DNA of 63,485 nt, the filler included, from Phoronis australis (lineage: Eukaryota > Animalia > Phoronida), in NCBI GenBank assembly GCA_002633005.1. It is 12 parts of 12 records of this genome, joined end to end, with 100 filler letters (N's around TTAATTAATTAA, not from the genome) between each part and the next. Parts side by side here need not be neighbours in the genome. Positions count along the whole stretch, not along the records: positions 32,327 to 39,199 come from NMRA01002100.1; positions 39,300 to 42,655 come from NMRA01003070.1; positions 42,756 to 46,241 come from NMRA01002991.1; positions 46,342 to 49,196 come from NMRA01003374.1; 8 more parts are not named here. The stretch is one strand, 5' to 3'. The notes beneath the pieces were generated by a model. That model was given only the letters and a program-made list of their open reading frames with translations. It had not been told where the DNA came from and ran no database searches. Position numbers and translations under genes: made by a program. Position 1 is the first letter of the stretch. Each line of letters opens with the position of its first letter. Of this stretch, positions 36,539-49,111 are shown piece by piece.

Positions 36539-38314
36539 TTACACAGCAGTGCATAAAAGACACTGAACGTACAGTAACACCTCACAAATTTAGGACACAG
36601 GTGAAATCGTATTTTCTTCAGTTTTTAAAAAAATGGTGATTACCACAAATTAAAGGCTTTATCAGTCTTGAGTCGTACACCGTAGATATCATCAGCCAGT
36701 GTTTTGAGAAACTGCGAGCACTTCCAAAAATGTAACAGAAATGAAAATTGGCAAATTTTGATCCTTCTTTTTGTCCAAAATTGATGAGCTATCGCCGTAG
36801 TGTAAGCTACTGATAAATAAAATAAACGGTGACCTGACTGTTACTGTAGATCAACTGCAACAAGTTGTCACAACACCGCACCCACTCAGTTAGAAGTAAG
36901 CATAGCAATTTTCAAGAAATACAAAACACTATAGAATTCTATGTCGACACATCCTACGTCAATATTACCAGAGGTTGGCGAGCAAAATACATCAGTACAA
37001 TTCAAAATCATGATAGATCAAAAGGTGACTAGATCACTAATGCTAATTCTGGCCAAATTCAGTTTGGTTCATCAATCTATCATCAATCACCCGGACTTAA
37101 TGCCAACTAGTAACTGATCTGGAGACTAGAGTTGAAAACTGACACATCGCGAGACATACTTCAAGTAACTTTAACATCAAGCAAAACAGTCAATAGAGAG
37201 GTCGAATTTTGACAAAATTTTGCTGGTTTCAAGTGCAGACTGTTCTGAATCACTGCATGAAGTGGTGAACAATTTACAGAGAATTCAATGCATAGTAATG
37301 TCAACGCTTACATTCTGAACAGCACCCTACCGGGCCAACCGTACACATCCACTTATGTCACACATTCGCCTGATTTTGCACACCAAACATAATTTCTGAA
37401 AATTTTATAATTCATTTTAACATTAGCCTAAGGTAACTTTGAGTGCTGCCTCTTCATTGAAATAAGCTGTAAGAAGGTTTTATCCTGTAGTAAAATTTTG
37501 GTACTAAAATTCACTGCGCAGTATAAAAGTTTGCTAAAAAGTACATTAAACGTTTGGTACGAGAACCCATAACCCTAAACAATGTTATTAAGATTATCTT
37601 GGAATTTTCTTCTCATATATTTCGTTATAATTCGGTAGCAACCCTTCATTAACACAAACTTCGTTGAAAACACGACTAAACTTTTCGTGGGAAAGTTTGA
37701 TACAGAGTCGCTTGTAGTGTCGAAACAATCTTCTTTCTTCAGGTGTTCAGCTATGACGCAAAACAGCGTGAGACACAACAAACAAATTAAAACACTAGCT
37801 ATATTTCGAGACTACATGTCTCATCACCAGGCATCATTACACTTGTGCAGTCTCTTATAATGATTTGTTTGTTTGCTATGTATTTTGTTTCGACACCATG
37901 AGCAACTGTATCGAGTTTTTAAACAAAAAGTATAGTGTCGTGTTTTCAACGAAGTTTATGTAATTTGTTGACAAGATATATCACTTAGTCATTGATTTTT
38001 ATCTACACAAATCAGAAAAAGACATTCACTGGTAGTTACCGAATTTCCCTCAACCTAGCCACATACGGGCACAGCTTGGTTTTTATATACTTCACAGCAT
38101 GCACTACCTCGCCAAAAGTCCGTAGCTCATGTGAGACACTAGCTGTATGTTTTTTCCTAGTGGCAAGTCAGACCGTATCAGCATAGATCTGAGACACAAC
38201 CAGCAGTCCCATTGTACACCTGTACATGCACAGCTCCCCCTATGGTGAATCGAGCAACACCAGCACATTTCCACTGTGTTATCCAATCAAATTCTTGCTA
38301 GAGCAGTCACGATA

Positions 38315-38461
38315 TCATGACAAAAGCGCTGGAAGTCTCGCCGACACAATCTCAGTCCGTCGGCGCGCCACCGCCATGATGTCATCTGACATTTGCTCCA
38401 CCACCGTATACCTGACATGTTGAAAGCTGAAGATGTCCTGCAGGAAACCTAACACCTGATC
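38315..38461 (-). CDS. MIGA: Mitoguardin (MIGA/FAM73) last coding exon
   Basis: Acceptor catttcag; encodes DQVLGFLQDIFSFQHVRYTVVEQMSDDIMAVARRRTEIVSARLPALLS*. It is in frame with the previous exon and matches the family motif Q...FL.D.F.F..VRYT.VE....DI. Confidence 0.9.
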   Translation of the reverse strand, partial: DQVLGFLQDIFSFQHVRYTVVEQMSDDIMAVARRRTEIVSARLPALLS

Positions 38462-38983
38462 CTGAAATGGGCAAAAATGGAAGTGCAAACATGGTGGCCA
38501 AGGAAAGGATCATGTAAAACACGAGCTAGAATACGAATACTTTGAAAAATTGGCATTGAGTGAGAACAAATTTGTCGTTATTGCAAACCCCTTTATTCCT
38601 GATATACAGCATTTAGTCATTCTGTTCAATTCCCCCCCCCCACATCCCCCGCTCCCCTTTACCAAGATGGCCAACACCTATTTCACAAATGAGAAATTTA
38701 AGAAAAATAAAGGGAAATTGACAAGAGGAAAAAACATTTAAGAAAATGATTATAAAATCAGCAGGGAATATTTTCTTCTGAATTATAAAGAGAAAACACT
38801 GAATCAATATATGTGAATTACTTCAAAATAAACGTGAATGTCTGCAAAGAAAGCCAAATTCAATCACACGTACATGACTTTCTATAACCAGGTTACACAA
38901 TAATTTCTTTACTAGGGACTCCTTCAATTGAGCACAAAACATTATTTTCAAAATGCCAAAGCACAACATCCTACTTCACCCAC

Positions 38984-39154
38984 CTTGAAAAACATACAGA
39001 GAGTCTTGAGGTCACTATCTGGGCCAAGAAATCCCCAGGCCAGCACAGGGGTCACATGTTCCGAGACCGCATAGAAGTGGGCGTTGAAGCCCTCCTGCCA
39101 TTTTAGCATGCGACGCTTGGCCTTTAGTACAGACCAGGCAGCCGTTGACAGAGC
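38984..39154 (-). CDS. MIGA: Mitoguardin (MIGA/FAM73) penultimate coding exon
   Basis: ALSTAAWSVLKAKRRMLKWQEGFNAHFYAVSEHVTPVLAWGFLGPDSDLKTLCMFFK matches the conserved mitoguardin C-terminal region (WSVLKAKRR..L...GF..HFY..SE...P..AWGF.GP). Exon is 171 bp, AG/GT bounded, phase 0. Confidence 0.9.
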
Positions 39155-40321
39155 CTGTTGATGGTGGAACGTCACAGTATTAATATTACTTTCCGACAGN
39201 NNNNNNNNNNNNNNNNNNNNNNNNNNNNNNNNNNNNNNNNNNNTTAATTAATTAANNNNNNNNNNNNNNNNNNNNNNNNNNNNNNNNNNNNNNNNNNNNT
39301 GAATCAGTGAAGTCTGCACTGAAGACTGAATGTAACGAATACAATACTCCATCTCTCTCACAGTTCTAGAAATGAAGAGTGTCGCTATACTCCGGCAATT
39401 CTACTGATGACAGGCATGCAAACAGAAACATTTTGATCAATTGCTAAAAATTTTCAGCTCAAAATTTATTAATACAACTGTGATGTCTCACTGGTATCTT
39501 CCATTGCATGTATCAACTTTGGTATTATCTCTTTGCTTGACCTTGAAAGTTACATTTTAAAAGTGGTGTAACGATTGTAAAAGGATACTTTTTTGTTAAT
39601 TATGACGGTTTAGTGGAACATTTGTGATGAGCTATACATAAATTACTCAAGGGCTTGACGGTAAGCATAACGTCAAATTCCCAGGTAGCCAAATGGCAAC
39701 TAAGGTCGTCAAATCTCGTTCGCAAGAGCCAAACATGAAATATCTGAAGGGAAGTCGTCAAATTAAGGCACTGTCTGCCAGACGGTGTATCTGAGATTGC
39801 GCGGGAAGCGTTTTATTGTTTGCTCATTAGCAGAAAATTAGGAGTGTCCGCGTTCCCCCAATCCCTCTCGAGGAACCAATATCCCAATCTGTGCGCCACA
39901 GCTCTTCCATCTGTGTACGTCATATACAGTAGATATTTTAAGAGTGTGGTCGGACATGGCATGGCGGCCAAGTTTCAAGCACTAGGGAACTCTAGCAGAT
40001 CACCAGTGTAGTGCATTAGTGATTGCCTTATTCCCAAGATCACGGAAGTCGACCCGCTATAGCTGGGATGCAATCAAAACAGAAATGACTGGGTTACGTA
40101 TTTAGGTAAGTGAATGAAGGACTATTTAAGAGGTTCGAGTTGGAGGGAATTAAAGACATCAACAATCTCTAAGGCATCCCTCTATTCTCAAAAGATACTT
40201 ATAGCAACGTGACTCTGATGGTTTAGTCATTGTGAGGCATAATTTGCTGCAAAGATACTGGCAAACAGGCTAAATTAGGCTGTGCTGCTGCCTATGCTAT
40301 AGTAGTTGCTGAGATTACCCG

Positions 40322-40995
40322 ACCCAGAAATCGACTCCAACAAAACCGGCAAGCATGCTAACCATTCAGCTAATAGGCAATTGTCCATTAGCTAGTGGAT
40401 AACAGAGACTCATATGATTTACCGGAAGCACGTCTACAACATTCCTCCCTTTCCTACTGCACATGTGCTCTTCCTAGCTATCAATCTCAGCAACATGGCA
40501 GCGTACTGGAATTTGTCCTCAGCAACACTACTCCGTGTCCTGGAATTTGCCCTAAGCAATGCTCTCTTTGAATTCTGGATCCACACCATGAGCCCCGTCC
40601 GAGGTCCATGGCGGGCCTAATCAGCAATGCTTCGTAAGTAAATCATCTTTCAACTTTGCCAATTGCAGTAATTGCCCAGAATTGAACCAGCAACCCCAAT
40701 AAAACTGACAAGCGTGCTAACCATTCACCTGGTATACAATTACTTTGTAGTGGCTAACAGAAGCTCATGTGATTTACTCGAAGCACGTCTACAACACTAT
40801 GTTTTTTTAAATCATAAATTGTATTTATAGCAGTACAACTTTAATGGTTCACTATGCTGTCTGACGTCCAAGGGTCCGTGTAGTGCTTCATCGGTATATC
40901 ATCCGTTTGCCGACTACGTCAATTGTTGTAATAGCCCGGTATCGAACCAGTGACCCCAATTTAACTGGCGAGCGTGCTAACCATTCAGTTAATAC
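40322..40995 (-). mobile_element. Three dispersed, decayed tRNA-derived SINE-like heads (~40322, 40675, 40935)
   Basis: Minus-strand consensus ...TGAATGGTTAGCACGCT.GCC.G....TTGGGG...CTGGTTCGAT.C.GGG (A and B boxes). The first two also share a flanking block ending GAAGCACGTCTACAACA. Confidence 0.55.
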
Positions 40996-41475
40996 AGGGA
41001 TATACTTAGCCACTCGCCCAGTCGCCAATGCGAGTAAAAATGGTACTGAGAGAGTAGAAGTTGACTTGCCGGTCGCCCAGGTGGCGAGCGAATTTTCAGA
41101 GCGCAAAAGCACTATATTGTTTCCCAGATGAACATGAACAAACTTAAGTTTCTTCTCCTTGTTTTTTGTGCTGTTTTTATCATGAATTAAAGGTTCAGTT
41201 TGGTCAGCGTGTCGATGCTTCGGCAGAAAAAAATCAGTGCAATGCGATCCTACCGATTCAGTACATGTCACCCATTGCGCAATTCGTCTAGACACAAGAT
41301 CACAGTGTGTGGTTGAGCACAAAGGAATTTGAGGACAAGTCCGAAACAAAGAAAAGGGGGGAAAGGCAGAAGACTGGTCCATGTGCTCACAGCAAGTGAA
41401 ATACCATATTTCTTGGAACTGATTTCTTACTGTAATGTACAATGTCATTTTAGCCAAAATTATTTTATAAATAAT

Positions 41476-42497
41476 AACCGTCTATGCCCCTATAAGCGCC
41501 CCCCACTAGGTTTTCAGACTTCGCTAAAATAAGTGCCCAGTCCATGAACGTGTACATAAGCGAGAAATGTCTTACCTACAGTTCTAAAACTCTACAGTAA
41601 TGTCTTTAATTTATCAATAATATCCATCAGTCCTGAAAAATCATTGTGTGCGGAATTTCTAGACCACGAGCCTTGCCGCTATGTCAGTATTTAGCCATGG
41701 CTGTACACTTCAAATTTCCGCAAAAGTTTAGCTGATCTTGCGAGGAACGTGTCTCACTATGGTCAGGCCTTTCAGAACAGACATGGCGTATTTGTCAACG
41801 GGATTGTATTGTATCTTTCCCGTACATGGCAGAACTTCTCCCTCAACATGAATCCAGATTACTTTGTTCACGTAAATAACGCGAATCAAAACTTGACTAG
41901 TGTTAATGAGCACGTGGCCAAGAAGCACACGCTAGGGCCTACATATAGTGGGCCTGCTACCCTGGCAAATGAACTCTCATGACACGCACGCACTCACTCA
42001 CTCGGCACGTCACGTGACAACACCATGTGTGTTCGTCCAGATTTTTCACGTGTTGCAGGGTGCGATCTAGCGCAGATTTGGACTTAATCGGGGTTAATCC
42101 CAACTCCACAGGAACTTAAAATCTTAGGGACGCTATTTGAAAAACTTAAGAAGTATTTCAGGTAATTTGTTGAGTCGAAACTGTATTTTTACTCAAGAAT
42201 TCAAGTTGCCCGGCGACGCATCAGTCGGCAAGTTTTCGCCCTGGGATGTCAGCACTTTTTTTTAAAAAAGACCGTAATTTAACAACAAAGTTTGATAGTA
42301 ATGCACCACGTGACAGTTTTGTAGAAAGTCGGTAATAGGTTACAGATACGTCACAGAGCGTAAATTTGATGAATCCTACCTTCCGATTTCACCAATTTCG
42401 GAGACCTGGGTTTCAACCCCCTTGGGCCACAACGAGCGCCCCCCTTCCGAAACAAATTTTCTTAGCACCCTGGCCACATATTAGGGCAAATACGGTA
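41476..42497. mobile_element. Candidate non-autonomous Tc1/mariner-pogo-like element
   Basis: Degenerate inverted ends AACCGTCTATGCCCCTA / TAGGGCAAATACGGTA resembling the TACCGTA...TACGGTA type. No coding capacity seen. Confidence 0.35.
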
Positions 42498-44010
42498 GCC
42501 CTAATAGATTGTGACATCAATGCACGAAACGATTTTTATTGACACTGGCAGCAAGCTTGTGGTGACAGACACAAATGGCTGGGCAACTGAACTTCGGGCT
42601 GGGCGAGTAAGTTTTCTGGCGCACTCACCCACCTGGCGAGCAGGGTTTTGAAACCNNNNNNNNNNNNNNNNNNNNNNNNNNNNNNNNNNNNNNNNNNNNT
42701 TAATTAATTAANNNNNNNNNNNNNNNNNNNNNNNNNNNNNNNNNNNNNNNNNNNNATGGAGGAATCGGTGAATCAGGAAACTGGCCAATAGGTGATGCAA
42801 TATTTTATGGCACCGAAAGCCAAACAAAAGATCGCATCACAATTTTAGCTGCAGAATAATGGAAGAACAACGCCAATTTTTCCAACACTGCGGTAAATAT
42901 TTAAGTTTACTCCAGTAAGAGTGTCGTTTTTAGTGACTAATTTTTTGTAACATTTTTGGTTATTTTTTACCCGCATCGCTGTAAAGCTGTATACTTAGTA
43001 TACAACTTTGCACCAAGGCTTGGTGATGGTGCGAGATATTTTTTTTGCTCATACAGATTGTTGCTAATTTTTGCTTGTTTGCCTGGTCATCCATTCAGCC
43101 AAAAGTAGGTCCATAGGTTGCTTATCACCCAATTATACATGCATGCTGACTCACAGTAGAAGCCTGATAAGAGTGGAGGTAGATACATACAGTGTTCCTA
43201 TAGTTTCTTGTTGTAGTGGATTTGTTCAGGACATGACTTTAACCAAGTAAAAGTATAAAGTGTCTAAAATAAGGCAGTAGAATTTGGTGTTGGGCTTATT
43301 GACTTGACACCTTTTATTCTTTGGGTGACATGACCATATCAGTTTCATTGAAATTTAGCCACAGAGCAGGGTACATCCCTAGGGAAAAGTGGTGTCATTC
43401 ACAAGACCAAACTTTGCTTTATATAAATGCAAGATGAACTCTCAAAAATGTTGTTAACATTTGTTTAGTTATCACTTCATTTTTGCTTCATGCAACTTGT
43501 TGGAAACTCATATCTAGGTGCAACAACATCACTAAAAAATTGTTAATTTTTGTAAAATTTCAAAAATAAACCACAAATATATACCTAACCATAGAAAGCT
43601 CTGAATTTATTGCTCCTTGTTTTAAGATTTTTCTCTCAATCGTTTTAAGTATACCTGTATTGCACTTTATTTCAATTTTCAATGGAACCTACTCTTCAAC
43701 ACCCTTGCTGATTTAAAACATGATTTCAACAATCTTATTATTTAAACCATTTCACAAATTCTTGTGATCTACTCTTGCAGCTCAACAGAATTTGCAAAAT
43801 AATTCCAGTATTGCCTTGAGTCAAAGGGAGGTTTAGTTCTTTTAATAATCTCTTACGCTATTGTAAACAAATCTGAGGTGACACAAGATAATTTCAACCA
43901 ACCATGGGTCATTCCATTGTTATAACCACCATTTGTTACTTATGTTGAAATGCTTAACCTGCTAAGTTATGTTTGACCAATGCCTGGCTGTGCCTGTAAC
44001 ACAACTTGGA

Positions 44011-44167
44011 TGTTAACGTTGATGATCCCAGATTCGATTCGAGTCCGTTCTTAAAAGACACACAGCAACCATTTTTGAGGAAGTCACTTGATATTTATTT
44101 TTCAGACAGTGGAGAGCGTACATCAAACAACACGCCATCTAGCGGTCGCAATACATAATCTATAACA
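44011..44167 (-). repeat. 3' LTR (157 bp, TG...CA) preceded by a polypurine tract
   Basis: On the minus strand, PPT GAGGGGAAGGG (44168-44178) is immediately followed by TGTTATA...AATAAA...GTTAACA. Confidence 0.8.
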
Positions 44168-44217
44168 CCCTTCCCCTCAAGCTTGGAAAACTTAACTACA
44201 GGAACAACAAACAGTTT

Positions 44218-46217
44218 TACAAGTTCAACCTGTCCGGGGGCTTAACATTTCTTAACAACATCACTCAATGCTGAATCTAAACCAGGCCACCAAAACTAGT
44301 TTCTACTCAAAGATTTCATAGCACAAATACCAGGATGTGCATCATGTAACTCATCTAAAAGCTTAACACGACCTTGCGGGGAAATAATCACACGTGATCC
44401 CCACAAAACTAAGTTGTCTTGTACACTTAGTTCAAGCTTCCAGCTTACATATGGTGTCAAATCATCATGTAACTCAGGTGGTAACTTATCCCAACTACCT
44501 GACATACTACATGACTTCGGATAACACAGGGTCACGACTTGTCCAAAGTCTCAATTGAGATGCAGATACAGGATATTCACTCTTTTGCATTGTTTGCATC
44601 AACAAAACCAGATCACCATGGGTAGGAGCGTTCACCTCCTGAAACGGCAATGGCAATCTACTGAGAGCATCTGCAATACAAATGGTTGATCCCTTACGAT
44701 AACGAATACAGTAATCATAACCTGACAACGTCAAGGCCCAACGCTGCATTCTGGCTGACACTATAGGAGGTATAGATTTTGTCTCATGTAAAAGGGTTAA
44801 AAGGGGTTTGTGATCTGTTTCTAGTGTGAATTTACGACCCCAAACATACTGATGCATTTTCTTAACAGCGAAAGCTCAAGCTAGACCCTCCTTGTCAACC
44901 ATCCCAAAGGTCTAGATGCATATGCAATAGGCGATTCAGTTCCATCAGGGTTTATGTGAGACAAAGTGCAACCTAAACCATACGAAGACGCATCACACGA
45001 CAGTAGCAATGGTTTATCAGGTTCATAATGACCTAACAATGGAGATGAACACAGCAGTTCCTTCGCACCATCAAATTCCCTCTGACACTCTGCCGACCAA
45101 AACCAAGTTTGATTACGCCTCAACAACCGATGAAGAGATTCAAGTGATGTACTCAAATCATTAGCATACCCAAAATGGCTTTGAGTTCAGAGACATTTGA
45201 TGGTACGGGAGCATTCAAGATAGCTTTACTACGATCCTGAGCAGGGCGAAGTCCTTCAGAGGTGACGCGACGACCCAAATACACAACCTCTGATTGCATC
45301 AGTGAACACTTGTTTTTACGGAGCCGAAGACCGGATTCTGAGAAACGACACAGAACTTCACGCAGATTGTCTAAGTGTTCCCTATCATTAACGCCAGTAA
45401 CAAGCACGCCATCAAGGTACACAACTACGTGAGGGATACCTTTCAACAATGTTTCCATATGGCATTGAAACAGACCGGGTATTGACTTAATACCAAACGG
45501 ACACCTGTTGTAGACAAACAATCCGCGGTGTGTGTTAATAGTGGTATACATTTTGGACTGCTCGTCCAACTCAAGTTGGTTGTAAGCGTTCGACATGTCC
45601 AACTTCGTGAATTTCTGTCCACCGGCTAATGACGCAAACAAATCGTCCATACGCGGAATCGGATACCGGTCTAACTGAGATACTTTCACAGTTAATTTGT
45701 AGTCACCACAGATACGCAATGACTGACCATCAGCCCTGATAACTGGCACAATGGGCGCAGCCCAATCACTGAACTCAACTGGTTTAACGATGTCAAGCCT
45801 CTGCAAACGATCCAACTCCTCTTCTGTTCTAATGCGCATAGCATGAGGCAAAGATGGAGCTTTGTAGAACAGTGGTGTGACGTCAGGGTCTACATGGATT
45901 TTTGCCTTCACATCGCGCAAGGTACCTAAACCGGGTTCGAACAAAGTTAGAAATTCATGCAACACATTTTTAGACACATCAACTTAGTTAACTGATGTTC
46001 CTTGCATGTTGAACACGCGCATCCAACTGCGACCCAACAACGTCGGACTTGCACTCTCCACAATCCACAACTTCAGATCCTTGACACAACCTCGGTATTT
46101 CACAGAAACAATGCACGAACCGGCAACCGGTATCGGTTCCTTAGTGTACATACGCAATGGAAACTTCCATAACGCGAAGTTGTCGTGAGGACTCGATTGG
46201 GACCTCAGGGGTCTCAC
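44218..46217 (-). pseudogene. Gypsy pol pseudogene (frameshifts, stops, YLDD to YLDG, integrase core deleted)
   Basis: Split over ORFs 45984-46217, 45153-45977, 44881-45156, 44507-44857 and 44296-44535; ends KPPDRLNL*. Confidence 0.9.
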
Positions 46218-46558
46218 GCTCCACCGGCTAAATTGAAAAGGNNNNNNNNNNNNNNNNNNNNNNNNNNNNNNNNNNNNNNNNNNNNTTAATTAATTAANNN
46301 NNNNNNNNNNNNNNNNNNNNNNNNNNNNNNNNNNNNNNNNNTTCCCTTACACCTGAGTACACACGAGTACACGCAAGACAGTTGCACACAAGTAAGGTCA
46401 TGCATCACCATGCAAGTGAAAGATAAGTGTTTCCTCAAGTCCTAATTAGCGTATTCTGCTGACACTGTGGAGATTGCTCAGTGATGGAATGTCGATTTAA
46501 CGAATAGCAAAGATTTTTTGCTACCTCGATTTGATGCTTATAATTTTTTTGTTTGCAG

Positions 46559-46756
46559 TGAAGGAGTGTGGTGTGCCAGCCACTGTTCCTAACGCGACAG
46601 TATTGTACACTAATGTCACCTACCTGAGTGTGGCCACTTACAGCTGTTTACCTGGTCACATTGTCTCCAACGCTAATGCCAACGTGACCAGCAAGACATC
46701 ATTCACAGTTACTTGTACAGAGCATGAAAACTGGACAGAAGCGTCTTCTTGTGAAC
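46559..46756 (+). CDS. Sushi/CCP domain exon 1 of a multi-Sushi extracellular protein
   Basis: KECGVPATVPNA...ATYSCLPGH...VTCTEHENWTEASSCE has 4 Cys plus the conserved W. 198 bp, phase 1-1, tttgcag/GTAAGT. Confidence 0.9.
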
Positions 46757-47580
46757 GTAAGTCAGTCATCATTCTGTGTTAGAGGAGATATGCGTCATTC
46801 AGTATATATTTTTTATTGCTATTTTGTATTCATGAAGTTGTCTCATGTAGCAATGTCCTTAGGCCAAAACACACAGTTGGTTCTGGTCTCAGTGGTCTGG
46901 TATTTTTTAATTGTTCACTTTCAAAAGAGGAAATACATTTTGGACAAGCACACATTTCGGGCTTGCCCTGAGATTTTTTTATGGGCTCATTAAATCCATA
47001 TCGGCCAAACCATTCTAATTGAAACTTCATGGTATGTCTGCCAGTGAGGCCTGCTATGCATAGCTAACGTTGACCTTTGCTCCCAACAGGGAACTACTTT
47101 CAAACTAATAAAAGCCATCATATCAAATTACATGGTGTTTTGACAATCTAACATTTTCACTTCAGCTTTAATCTGACTCCGAATTGTCCATTTTTTGTTT
47201 TAAAACAGAATTTTGACCACCGCAATTTTCCAGTTTTTATGCTAGATGCTTACAAGTTACAGTTCCTTAGGAACACAAACACTATGCCCTGCTCTCTGTG
47301 CCTGGCTGCTGTACTTCGCTCCCTGACTGCTGTGTCTGTCCCCAGTGCCTGCACCCTTTGTCTGTCCTGTATGACTGCCCCTATGACTGTCCCACGCGGC
47401 TGCCCCTTGTTCCTGTAACTCTCCTCCCTGACTGACCCCTGTGAATCTCCTATTTTTATGTTCCCTGTGGTCACCCCCTCCACCACGCAATGAGTCCTGT
47501 GTCAGTACAGGGGATGCAACTGTCTGTTGCAAGCAGCTATGCCAAAGGTGTTGACTGTTTCTAATCCTGTTGCATTTCAG

Positions 47581-47769
47581 CTGTTTCTTGTGGCAATCCT
47601 CCACAGCATGCACTCAGCACTATGGAGGTGGAGGGGGTTTATTACAACCAGTCTGTTCATTATACATGTGTTGATGGCTACGAGTTGGATGTCAATGGAA
47701 CAACCAGTCAAACATTAGTCTGTGACGAAAATGGACAATGGCCAACTCTGACACTGTCCTCTTGTATTG
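47581..47769 (+). CDS. Sushi/CCP domain exon 2 (missed by the ORF track)
   Basis: VSCGNPPQHALSTMEVEGVYYNQSVHYTCVDGYELDVNGTTSQTLVCDENGQWPTLTLSSCI. 189 bp, phase 1-1, tttcag/GTGAGT. Confidence 0.9.
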
Positions 47770-48182
47770 GTGAGTAGTTTGTTGCATTTCATGGTCGTCT
47801 AAGTCTTAGAAGACTTACAAGTTATCCTGGAGGATTGTATAACTGTCTAACCTTTGATATTGTGCCCACATAAACTATTACCCAATCTGTTAATAAGGTT
47901 GATTAACTTAGCAACCATTAGGCTTGGCCTCTCAACAAAGACACAGATTTGTCCCCCAATCATGAAATCACTGTCATCTTTTGTTTATACCCTTCAATCC
48001 ACCATCTTTTTGGTCACATCACGCGACATTGCAGATTGAACGGGACAAGCTGCTTGCAATATTGTTTGGTCTATTTGCTGTTCTTTTATTGACCAATTTC
48101 TTTTTGCACGTCAACAAGTCTTTATCACAGCACGATTGGCATTGACTGCTTGTGCATTGTTGGATCTACTTTATGTTTGCAG

Positions 48183-48362
48183 TCATACACTGTGGCATTC
48201 CTCCAAGTGTTCCTCATTCTGACTTACACTACACTAGCGACACCTACAGGAGTATTGCGCGGTATCAATGTCACTTTGGATACATGTTCTCAGAAAATAT
48301 ATTCACCAACACCTCGGAGTGTCAAAGTAACAAGAACTGGACAGTTGTGGAACCATGTGTTC
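48183..48362 (+). CDS. Sushi/CCP domain exon 3
   Basis: IHCGIPPSVPHS...ARYQCHFGYMF...SECQSNKNWTVVEPCV. 180 bp, phase 1-1, tttgcag/GTAAGT. Confidence 0.9.
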
Positions 48363-48916
48363 GTAAGTGGCAATACATAGTTGTCGAAGTAAATTGTTAT
48401 GACACAGAAAGTGAATAATTTCCAAGTTTGTAATGCTATCCATCTTTTGCAAATAGGCAGTTTGTGCATTCATAAGGTTTGTTGGTTCTTATTAGCAGCT
48501 GCTTGTGATGTCATCAATCACTTTCTTTGTGAAACCTATTAGGTGTGTCCCTGAACTTTCATTGCTTATGTCACAGATACGCGATTCATGAGAAAATAAT
48601 TAGACTGGAGACTGCAGTTTAATCATATGTAGTTGTACTTATATCAACAATGCAACCATACTTCCCAAACTCTGATAAAAGATCGACTCGAACCACGGCG
48701 CAGTCTCCAGAGAACTTGCGTGGGCATTTGCCTATCAATGACTAGCCAACAAGTAGCCTAAAGTAGACATCACAACGGACATCAGAATATGAATTGTGAT
48801 TCACGCTTAAATGGGCGAGAGCATGTTCCGCCACACATATTTTCCTAAATTGCTATATTTGTGGTGAAGTAAGCTAGACTAGTTGGACATGCATGAGAGT
48901 ATCTGTGTTATTTCAG

Positions 48917-49111
48917 GCAGAAGTTGTGGTGTGCCATCGTACGCTGCTGACAGCACTCATATTACGTTGAAGTACAGCTTTCTGTTCCAAGACTCTGTGG
49001 AGTTTACCTGTGCCTCAGGTCATCAAAAGTCAGGTGGTTCATCTAGCCGCACGTGTACTGTGGTTGGCAATTATACAATGAAATGGAATGGAGATGAATT
49101 CAAATGTGAAA
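48917..49111 (+). CDS. Sushi/CCP domain exon 4
   Basis: RSCGVPSYAADS...VEFTCASGHQKSGGSSSRTCTVVGNYTMKWNGDEFKCE. 195 bp, phase 1-1, tttcag/GTATGT. Confidence 0.9.

Larger units (their letters stand above)
44011..46241 (-). mobile_element. Decayed Ty3/Gypsy LTR retrotransposon (short-LTR, Mag/K02A2.6-like), 3' half
   Basis: pol order is protease remnant (LLGRSW), RT (WAAPIVPV, LRICGDYK, KLDMSNAY, CPFG, YLDG), RNase H (CDASSYGLG, FTLETDHKPL, ADALSRLP) and integrase zinc finger (LHDAHPGI). A PPT and 3' LTR follow. The 5' part is lost in the gap. Confidence 0.95.

Noticed and set aside
40888-41457. 189-aa minus-strand ORF
   Set aside because: Runs through SINE and MITE fragments; no recognisable domain.
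47250-47520. GC-richer segment between Sushi exons 1 and 2 as an extra exon
   Set aside because: No Sushi pattern or convincing phase-1 splice pair; treated as intronic.
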